From positions 802-64,801 of the forward strand of contig DATBBA010000002.1 in assembly GCA_036271235.1 (NCBI GenBank): 64,000 bases of DNA, in the 5' to 3' direction. Numbering within the stretch: the stretch's first letter is position 1; each line of letters opens with the position of its first letter. Shown piece by piece: positions 17,710 through 25,099 of this stretch. Both the position numbers and the translations under genes were made by a program. This stretch comes from Gaiellaceae bacterium. Its GTDB lineage: Bacteria; Actinomycetota; Thermoleophilia; Gaiellales; Gaiellaceae. The notes under the pieces were generated by a model that had not been told where the DNA came from, did not search any database, and saw nothing but the letters and a program-made list of their open reading frames with translations.

Positions 17710-20700
17710 ATGGCAGTTTTGAGACGGCGCTCGGTCCGATTTGGTCTTCCGGTCGTGTTCTCGCTCGTTGCTGCGACCGCCGTCGCGGTCGGGCTTCCCG
17801 GGTCGGGAAGCACACGCCAGAGCTCGCAGAAGCCGTCGCCGCTCGTCGCGAGCGATACGACGATCGCAGGCGACACTCCGCTCGCGGTCAGCGGCCACCA
17901 GGCGAAGCTCGTCGGCCGGCATTCGGCCGGCTCGGTGCTGTCGCTCAACTTCACGCTGCCGCTCTCTCACCCGGCTGAGCTCAACGCGCTCATCGCGCAG
18001 GAGTCGAAAAGCCACCAGTACCTGACGCGCAGCGAGCTCTATGCCCGGTTCTCGCCCACCAGGGAACAACTCCTCCACGTCGACAACTGGCTTCGGTCGA
18101 GCGGCTTCCGGATCACCCACGTCGGCGCGGACCGCCTGTCGCTGACCGCGAGCGCGTCGACGGCGAAGGTCGAGAAGGCGCTCCACGTCCGGATCGACGA
18201 CTACGTCAAGCCCGCTTCTACGTTCGAGAAGGTCAGGGTTCACCCGTACGTCTTCTACGCGAACACGTCCGACCCGACAGTTCCCGCCGGCCTCGGCCTG
18301 CAGAGCATCTCCGGGCTCTCCGACGTCGACCGCTTCTTCACGGCGGCTCAGCTCGCGAGTGCGGCCGCCGGCTGCGGCGACGACGATTCCGGCTCGACGA
18401 ATCCGCAGTGCGTCCTCGTTCGGAGCGGCGGCTACTTCCCCTCCGACCTGCGCTCGCTCTACGACGTCAGCGGGCACGGATACGACGGCACCGGCCAGAC
18501 GATCGGCTTCACGCTCTGGACGGTTCCGGAACGCCAGTCGGCGATGGACCTGTTCGCGAGCACGACCAGCGACACGGCCATCACCGTCGACCCCTCGTGC
18601 ACGGCGACGGGCAACTCGCCCACGACGCCGAGCACCTGCTCGACGCAGACGGTGGCGTCGAATCATCTGATGACGATCCTCGAGAACGGCAACAGCGACA
18701 CGCTGAACAACTTCGGCTCGAACGTCGAGACGGCTCTCGACATCGAGATCGCTCACGGAATGGCCCCCGGCGTCGCGATGAAGTACTACGCCTCGGAGTG
18801 CTCGTCGACGACGGACGCGGGCTCGGGCCTCGCGAACGCCGGCTGTAACGGCACCGATGTAGGGCTGGAGGACGCGGTCGAGGATGCTGCGAGCGACCCG
18901 ACGCTGCACAGTGTCTCGAACAGCTGGGGCTACGGCGGCGATCCCGAGTGGGGCCCCACGGACCCGTTCATGACGGCGATCTCCAACAGCCTGGCGCTTG
19001 CCGCTGCGGCGGGCACGACCTTCTACTTCTCGACCGGCGACTCCGGTACCTATCAGTCCGGATTCCCCTCGGACAGCCCGTACGTCGTCTCGGTCGGCGG
19101 CACGAGCGACTGGTCGACGTCGTCGACGACGACGCGGAGCACCTCGACCACCTGGAGCGCCGGCGGCAGCTGGTGCTCGAACATCATCGCGCGCCCCTCG
19201 TGGCAGACCGGGGCCGGCGTCACCGCGAACGCGCCCTGCCCGGGCCGCGTCAGCCCGGACGTCTCGGCGATCGCCGACACCTCGACCCCCGTGCGCTTCG
19301 TGTCGAGCACGGACCTGTCCGGCGGCACCGAGAGCGGTTCGGTCGGCGGCACGAGCGTCGCGGCGCCCGCCATGAACGGGCTCGAGGCCGACACCGAGAA
19401 CTTCGTCTCGGCGCAGACCTACCCCGGTTCGGCTCCCGCGCTCGGGTTCGTGGCGCCGGTGCTCTACCAGCTCGGAAACGGCGGCAACTACGACAGCTAT
19501 TTCCACGACATCCAGTGCGGCAATACGGCCAGCCCGACGAGCGCGCCCGACGGCGATGCCGCACAGCCCGGATGGGATGCGGCCACCGGCTGGGGCGAGC
19601 CGGATTGGTTCAACTTCGCGACCGGCTATGCGCTGTCGCTGGGTGCCACCAACCTCAGCGTGCCGTCGAGCCTGGCCCAGGGCTTCAACTGGACCTGCGC
19701 GAAGACGCCGAGCAACTCGACCGAGCGAGGCATCTCGTGCCCGTCCTCGACGGTCTGTTACGCGGTGGGGAGCGCCTCCGGCGGCACCCCCTGGCCCGCC
19801 AAGTTCCTGCCGTCCGGTAGCTGGGGTGCGGCGAACACGTTCTTCGAGTCCACGGACGGCGGCCAGACCTGGTTCCCGTCGAACAGCGACATGCTCTCGA
19901 TCGCCTGCACGGGTGGAGCGTCCTGTATCGAGGTGGGCGACGGCGGGCGTGCCCGGGAGACGACCGACGGCGGCGGCACCTGGACCGACGTGGCGACCGG
20001 CTTCGACAAGGCGCTCACTCAGGTCAACTGCCCGTCGAGCTCGATCTGTTACGCGGTCGGCGACCGAGGGACGGCGCTCAAGTCGAGCGACGGCGGCCAG
20101 TCCTGGTCGTACCTGCAGAGCACCGACGGGAACCCGCTCTACGGGCTCTCGTGCCCCTCGACCACGGTCTGTTACGCGACAGACATCTACGCTCACCTTC
20201 TGAAGACGGCCGACGGCGGCGCGAGCTGGACGTGGCAGTCGACGCCGGTGACGACACCCGGGGTCGATGTGGCACAGTCGGGCGGGCCGAACCCGTTCGC
20301 GGGCCTGATCGCGATCGCCTGCACCGACGTGAGCACGTGTGTGGCGTCGGGCCTCTACGCCAACGTCTCAGGCCAGACCCTCCCGAGCACGGACCCGCCG
20401 ATCGTCACGACAACCGACGGCGGGACCACGTGGACGCTGCAGACGAGCAACGCCGGTAGCGGGAACTATCTCCACGCGATCGCATGCCTGCCCGGTACGA
20501 CCACCTGCTACGCGGTCGGGCGCGGAGGGACGATCGTCTCGACGACCAACCTCACGACCTGGACGGCGATGACCTCCGGAACGACGAACCTCCTCGACAG
20601 CATCTATTGCCCGGGTGGATCGGCGTTCTGTATCGCGGTCGGCCAGAACGGCACCGTCGATACCTTCGACGGAACCAACTGGACGGCAACCTCCGGCAAC

Positions 20701-23181
20701 GGCGGGAACGGCACCCTCGCCGACGTCGCCTGCCAGGGCAACCTCGTCTGCTACGCGACCGGCAAGCAGGGGATCACGCTCCTGACGACGACCGGCGGAA
20801 CGGGCTGGGTGCAGCAGGCGGGCGGCGGCACGACGCAGCAGATGAACGCCGTCTCGTGCCCGGACACCTCGACGTGCTACGCCGCCGGGAATGCCGGCAC
20901 GATTCTCAAGACGTCGAACGGCGGTCAGACGTGGACGGCGCAGACAAGCGGCGTGACCTCGAACCTGGCCGGCATCTCGTGCTCGTCGGATAGCGGCTGC
21001 GCCGCGGTCGGAGCGAACGCCGGCAACCCGACCACGCTCTCGGCGGCCGCGGCCGTCGGCGACACGAACATCAAGGTCGCGAGCGTGACCAACTACGAGG
21101 CCGGCCTGACGATTGCGATCGATACCGGAGCGAGCCAGGAGCAGGCCACGGTGGCGAGCGTCGGGACGTCCGGCGCGGGCGGGACAGGCATCACGCTCAC
21201 CGCGCCGCTCACGCAAGCGCACGCCTCCGGTGCCGCCGTTGCCGGGATCGCAGGTGCCCTCCACACGAGCGACGGGTCGACCTGGAGCATGGCCTCGGGT
21301 CAGGGCTTCAGCGCGCTGAACGGCGTCTCGTGTGCCTCGGCGAGCTCGTGCACCGCGGTCGGCGCGTCGGGGGCGATCGTCGCCTCGGGCGACGGCGGAG
21401 CGACCTGGTCGCCGAAGTCGAGCGGGATCACCGCAACCCTGAGTGCGGTCGCCTGCCCGGGCTCGACGACGTGCTTCGCGACGGGGTCCGCGACCAGCGG
21501 CACCGCCCTCATGCTGCGCACGACGGACGGCACCACCTGGTCGCCGCAGACGATCGGAGGCGGACAGAACCTCACCGGTCTCGCCTGTCTCGACACGTCG
21601 AACTGCTTCGCGGCGGGCGCAGCAGGCACCGTCATCACGACCACGGACTCCGGTGCGACCTGGACGCAGCAGGGCAACCCGCTCAGCGGTCCCGTCAGCG
21701 CCCTGAACGTATCGAACCTCGCAATCAACGCGGCCGCTTGCAACAGCGCGAACTGCGTTCTCGGGGCCGGGGCGCAGGCGGACATCGTGCTGTCGCCGCT
21801 GCTCACGGTGACCGTGAACACGTCGAGCGGGTTCGGCTCGACGCCGCCTGTAACCGGGATCGCGGCGAGCTCGCCGTCACTCACGTTCTCACCCTCGGGC
21901 GAGGCGGCCAACGTCACCGGCACGCTCACGTGCTCCACCACGGCGACCACCGCGAGCCCGGTCGGGAGCTACCCGATCTCGGCCTGCAACGGCCTCACCG
22001 ATCCCGGCTACAGCGTCGTCTACGCCTACGCCGGAAGTGCAGCGCAGATCACCGCCGCAACGCAGACGATCACGTTCCCCGACCCGGGCTCGAAGACCTT
22101 CGGCGATCCGGACTTCACCGTCGCGCCGACCGCTAGCTCAGGTCTCACGGTGTCGGTGTCGGTCGGCGGCTCCAGCACCTGCACGGCGAGCGGCTCCACG
22201 ATTCATCTGACGGGCGCAGGCTCGTGCGCGATCACCGCCGCACAGGCGGGGAACGGCAACGTCGGCGCCGCGGCCAGCGTGACCCGGACGATCGCGATCG
22301 GCATGGCCAACCAGACGCTCACGTTCCAGGCCATCGCCGACCACACGTTCGGCGACGCGGACTTCGGGATCTCGGCGAGTGCGAGCTCAGGGCTCGCCCC
22401 ATCCTTCGCGGTCGGGGCCGGGTCCGCCTGCACCTTGAGCGGAACGACCGTCCATCTCACGGGCTCCGGCTCGTGCTCGATCACCGCATCGCAGGGCGGC
22501 AACGCCAACTACAACGCCGCCGGCGCAGTGACGCGCTCGTTCGCGATCGCGCCCGTGCCCGTGGTCGCGGTCACGAAGACATCGCAGTCGATCAGGTTCG
22601 TTGCGATCAGGAACACCGTGTTCGGCACTCCTGACTTCAAGGTCTCGGCGACGGCAAGCTCATCGCTGCGGGTCGGGTTCGCCGCGTCCGGCAAGTGCAC
22701 CGTTCGCCCGGGCTCCGCCGGGTTCGCGCTCGTCCACCTGACCGCTGCCGGCTCGTGCACGATCACGGCCTCGCAGGCCGGGGACGCGAGCAGGCTTGCG
22801 GCAACGCCGGTGGCCCGTACGTTCAAGATCGCGGCGTTCAGCCGCGGGAAGGCCGCGGGCACCGCGCTCGCGACCGGGAACGGCGGCACGGCGAGCTTCG
22901 GCGTCAACGGCACCGGGCGGAAGCTCACGGGCAGCCTGAGCTGGCATCGCAAGACAGTCCAGTTCGACGCGAAGAAAATCACCGGCTTCGCGCTCGCCGC
23001 CGGCGGGAAGGCCGCCTGGATCTACGGCGTCGGCAAGGACGGACGGAAGTTCGAGCTCTACGTCTCGGACAACGGGACGCAGTCGAAGCGAGGGGGCGAT
23101 CCGGACGTGTTCAAGCTCTGGATCGCGGGCAAGCTCGCCGCCGGCGGCAAGCTCACGCACGGCAACGTGAAGGTCTCGTAA
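17710..23181 (+). CDS. secreted multidomain protein: signal peptide, pro-kumamolisin activation domain, sedolisin (S53) peptidase, 13-14 BNR/Ycf48-like propeller blades, 3 Ig-like repeats, conserved C-terminal module
   Basis: Signal peptide MAVLRRRSVRFGLPVVFSLVAATAVAVG. Prodomain ..YLTRSELYARFSP..VDNWL... S53 motifs ETALDIEIAHGMAPG and GGTSVAAP (Ser codon 19354..19356). Repeated SxDGGxTW motifs. Confidence 0.9.
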   Translation: MAVLRRRSVRFGLPVVFSLVAATAVAVGLPGSGSTRQSSQKPSPLVASDTTIAGDTPLAVSGHQAKLVGRHSAGSVLSLNFTLPLSHPAELNALIAQESKSHQYLTRSELYARFSPTREQLLHVDNWLRSSGFRITHVGADRLSLTASASTAKVEKALHVRIDDYVKPASTFEKVRVHPYVFYANTSDPTVPAGLGLQSISGLSDVDRFFTAAQLASAAAGCGDDDSGSTNPQCVLVRSGGYFPSDLRSLYDVSGHGYDGTGQTIGFTLWTVPERQSAMDLFASTTSDTAITVDPSCTATGNSPTTPSTCSTQTVASNHLMTILENGNSDTLNNFGSNVETALDIEIAHGMAPGVAMKYYASECSSTTDAGSGLANAGCNGTDVGLEDAVEDAASDPTLHSVSNSWGYGGDPEWGPTDPFMTAISNSLALAAAAGTTFYFSTGDSGTYQSGFPSDSPYVVSVGGTSDWSTSSTTTRSTSTTWSAGGSWCSNIIARPSWQTGAGVTANAPCPGRVSPDVSAIADTSTPVRFVSSTDLSGGTESGSVGGTSVAAPAMNGLEADTENFVSAQTYPGSAPALGFVAPVLYQLGNGGNYDSYFHDIQCGNTASPTSAPDGDAAQPGWDAATGWGEPDWFNFATGYALSLGATNLSVPSSLAQGFNWTCAKTPSNSTERGISCPSSTVCYAVGSASGGTPWPAKFLPSGSWGAANTFFESTDGGQTWFPSNSDMLSIACTGGASCIEVGDGGRARETTDGGGTWTDVATGFDKALTQVNCPSSSICYAVGDRGTALKSSDGGQSWSYLQSTDGNPLYGLSCPSTTVCYATDIYAHLLKTADGGASWTWQSTPVTTPGVDVAQSGGPNPFAGLIAIACTDVSTCVASGLYANVSGQTLPSTDPPIVTTTDGGTTWTLQTSNAGSGNYLHAIACLPGTTTCYAVGRGGTIVSTTNLTTWTAMTSGTTNLLDSIYCPGGSAFCIAVGQNGTVDTFDGTNWTATSGNGGNGTLADVACQGNLVCYATGKQGITLLTTTGGTGWVQQAGGGTTQQMNAVSCPDTSTCYAAGNAGTILKTSNGGQTWTAQTSGVTSNLAGISCSSDSGCAAVGANAGNPTTLSAAAAVGDTNIKVASVTNYEAGLTIAIDTGASQEQATVASVGTSGAGGTGITLTAPLTQAHASGAAVAGIAGALHTSDGSTWSMASGQGFSALNGVSCASASSCTAVGASGAIVASGDGGATWSPKSSGITATLSAVACPGSTTCFATGSATSGTALMLRTTDGTTWSPQTIGGGQNLTGLACLDTSNCFAAGAAGTVITTTDSGATWTQQGNPLSGPVSALNVSNLAINAAACNSANCVLGAGAQADIVLSPLLTVTVNTSSGFGSTPPVTGIAASSPSLTFSPSGEAANVTGTLTCSTTATTASPVGSYPISACNGLTDPGYSVVYAYAGSAAQITAATQTITFPDPGSKTFGDPDFTVAPTASSGLTVSVSVGGSSTCTASGSTIHLTGAGSCAITAAQAGNGNVGAAASVTRTIAIGMANQTLTFQAIADHTFGDADFGISASASSGLAPSFAVGAGSACTLSGTTVHLTGSGSCSITASQGGNANYNAAGAVTRSFAIAPVPVVAVTKTSQSIRFVAIRNTVFGTPDFKVSATASSSLRVGFAASGKCTVRPGSAGFALVHLTAAGSCTITASQAGDASRLAATPVARTFKIAAFSRGKAAGTALATGNGGTASFGVNGTGRKLTGSLSWHRKTVQFDAKKITGFALAAGGKAAWIYGVGKDGRKFELYVSDNGTQSKRGGDPDVFKLWIAGKLAAGGKLTHGNVKVS
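19681..21798 (+). repeat. 13-14 tandem propeller-blade repeats (BNR/Asp-box S-x-D-G-G-x-[TS]-W) each preceded by a C-x(4-6)-C-[YFV]-A-x-G motif
   Basis: Examples: ISCPSSTVCYAVG..STDGGQTW, VNCPSSSICYAVG..SSDGGQSW, VSCPDTSTCYAAG..TSNGGQTW, LACLDTSNCFAAG..TTDSGATW. Confidence 0.8.
22063..22836 (+). repeat. three tandem ~86-aa Ig-like repeats
   Basis: Shared pattern Q-x-I-x-F..FG.PDF......ASS.L.....G..C......V.LTG.GSC.ITA.Q.G......A..V.R.F.I, seen three times. Confidence 0.75.
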
Positions 23182-23195
23182 CCCGGAACCGCCTC

Positions 23196-23229
23196 GGCGC
23201 CCCGGCTTGCGTGCGCAAGCCGGGGCGCC
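23196..23229. terminator. bidirectional terminator hairpin between convergent genes
   Basis: GGCGCCCCGGCTTGCG / CGCAAGCCGGGGCGCC near-perfect inverted repeat, between stops at 23181 (+) and 23235 (-). Confidence 0.6.
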
Positions 23230-23234
23230 GGCGT

Positions 23235-24008
23235 TCATCGCGTGACGACGCGGCGGTAGCGCCAGATCGCGAGTGCCGCTGAGACGGCGGCGATGCCGAC
23301 CGACCACGCGACGGCCAGCCACACGTCGTTCCCCACCGGGGTGCCGAGAAAGAGGCCGCGGACGGCGTTGACCATGATCGTGAACGGGTTGTTCTCGGCG
23401 ACCGGCTGCAGCCAGCTCGGCATCGAGGCGACCGGCACGAAGGCCGAGGAGACGAACGTCAGCGGGAAGATGATCGTGAAGCCGTAGGCGTTCGCCGACT
23501 CCGGAGACGATGCCGCGAGGCCGACGAAGGCGAAGACCCACGAGAACGAGTAGCCGATCAGGAGCAGGAGCGCGATCCCCGCGACGACGTCCGGGACGCC
23601 CGTCTTGAAGTCGAAGCCGACGAGCAGCCCGACCCCGAGCACCACGACGAGCTGGACCACGTTCGTGCTCACGTCGGCGAGGGTGCGGCCCGTCAACACG
23701 GCCGAGCGCGACATCGGCAGCGAGCGGAACCGGTCCATCAATCCCTTCTTCAGATCCTCGGACAGGCCGAGCGCGGTCACGAACCCGCCGAACGCCATCG
23801 TCTGCACGACGATTCCGGGGATCAGGAAGTCGACGTAGCTGAGCCCGGGCGTGGAGATCGCGCCGCCGAAGACATAGACGAACAGCAGCACGAACATCAG
23901 CGGCTGCACCGTGAAGCCGATCAGCAGGTCGGGCTGGCGAGGGATCCGCTTGGCATTTCGAACGGCGAGCACCCACATGTCGCTCAGCCCGTAGGTGAGT
24001 GCCTTCAT
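23235..24008 (-). CDS. ABC-2 type exporter permease (DrrB-like)
   Basis: 257 aa with six hydrophobic helices and a family-typical N-terminus. ATGA overlap with the upstream ATPase gene. Confidence 0.85.
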   Translation of the reverse strand: MKALTYGLSDMWVLAVRNAKRIPRQPDLLIGFTVQPLMFVLLFVYVFGGAISTPGLSYVDFLIPGIVVQTMAFGGFVTALGLSEDLKKGLMDRFRSLPMSRSAVLTGRTLADVSTNVVQLVVVLGVGLLVGFDFKTGVPDVVAGIALLLLIGYSFSWVFAFVGLAASSPESANAYGFTIIFPLTFVSSAFVPVASMPSWLQPVAENNPFTIMVNAVRGLFLGTPVGNDVWLAVAWSVGIAAVSAALAIWRYRRVVTR

Positions 24009-24961
24009 TCTTCCTCGTCCGCCGCGGTCGTCCGCCCGGTCAGCGTCAGGAACACGTCGTCGAGCGTGGGGCGCTGCGTCGCGATGTCGTCGACGGCGAT
24101 GCCGGACTCGTCGAGGCGGCGGACGGCGGTCGTCACGGCCCCATGCGCGCTCACGATCGGGACCGAGACGGTGCCGTCGAGGACGACCGGCGGGCCGGAG
24201 CCGACGTCAGCGAGCACCTCGGCGGCGGCGGGAGACTGGGCCGGGTCCGCCAGCCGGATCTCGAGCCGGTCGCCGCCGACCTGGTCCTTCAGCTCCGCGG
24301 AGGTCCCTTCCGCGATCACGAGCCCGTGGTTGACGACTGCGATCCGATCGGCGAGGCGGTCGGCCTCCTCGAGGTACTGCGTCGTGAGCAGCACCGTCGT
24401 GCCGCGGGCCGTGAGCGCCTCGATCGAGTCCCAGAGCGCCTGCCGGCTGCGAATGTCGAGGCCGGTCGTCGGCTCGTCGAGAAAGAGGATTGGAGGCCGG
24501 GCGACGAGCGATGCCCCCAGGTCGAGCCGGCGGCGCATTCCACCGGAGTAGGTACGGACGAGCCGGGTCGCCGCATCCGTGAGCCCGAACTCCTCGAGGA
24601 GCTCGGTGGCCCGCTGCGCCGAGGCGCGCCGCCCCAGGTGGTAGAGCCGCCCGACCATCTCGAGGTTCTCGTGGCCGGTGAGATTCTCGTCGACGGCCGC
24701 GTACTGCCCGGCCAGCCCGATCTGGCGGCGGACCCGCGACGGATCGCGGACGACATCGACGCCTGCGACGCGCACCGTGCCACTGTCCGGCTCGAGCAGC
24801 GTCGTGAGGATCCGGACCGCGGTCGTCTTGCCGGCCCCGTTCGGGCCGAGCAGCCCGAGGACGGTGCCCGGGGCTGCGGCCAGGTCGATGCCGCGGAGAG
24901 CCTCGACCTCGCCGTAGCGCTTGCGGAGGTCGACCGCCTCGATCGCCAGCTGCTCGGACAC
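24005..24961 (-). CDS. ABC transporter ATP-binding protein (DrrA-like)
   Basis: Walker A GPNGAGKTT, signature YSGGMRRRL, Walker B ILFLDEPTTGLD. Confidence 0.9.
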   Translation of the reverse strand: MSEQLAIEAVDLRKRYGEVEALRGIDLAAAPGTVLGLLGPNGAGKTTAVRILTTLLEPDSGTVRVAGVDVVRDPSRVRRQIGLAGQYAAVDENLTGHENLEMVGRLYHLGRRASAQRATELLEEFGLTDAATRLVRTYSGGMRRRLDLGASLVARPPILFLDEPTTGLDIRSRQALWDSIEALTARGTTVLLTTQYLEEADRLADRIAVVNHGLVIAEGTSAELKDQVGGDRLEIRLADPAQSPAAAEVLADVGSGPPVVLDGTVSVPIVSAHGAVTTAVRRLDESGIAVDDIATQRPTLDDVFLTLTGRTTAADEEE

Positions 24962-25055
24962 GCCGTGAGTATCACGTCCCCGCCCGTGCTGCCGTCGCGC
25001 CCGCGGCAGTCAAGCGGCGGAGCCCGAACGGGCAAAGATCACCCGACCGGTTGAG

Positions 25056-25084
25056 TTGCCGGCGGCGACTCCCGGATCTAAGGT
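25056..25084 (+). promoter_or_regulatory. candidate promoter of the 25100 gene
   Basis: TTGCCG-17 nt-TAAGGT, ending 15 nt before ATG 25100. Confidence 0.3.
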
Positions 25085-25099
25085 TCATGTGCGAACGAG

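Noticed and set aside
17689-20196. 835-aa ORF antisense to the sedolisin gene. Similar very long ORFs occur at 430..2181(-), 4584..6482(+), 6475..8718(+), 7121..9499(-), 27463..30414(+) and 48240..49907(-).
   Set aside because: All are extremely Arg/Pro/Gly/Asp-rich with no motifs. Each lies opposite to or out of frame with a gene that has clear family signatures. These are the classic shadow ORFs of high-GC DNA, where stop codons are rare.
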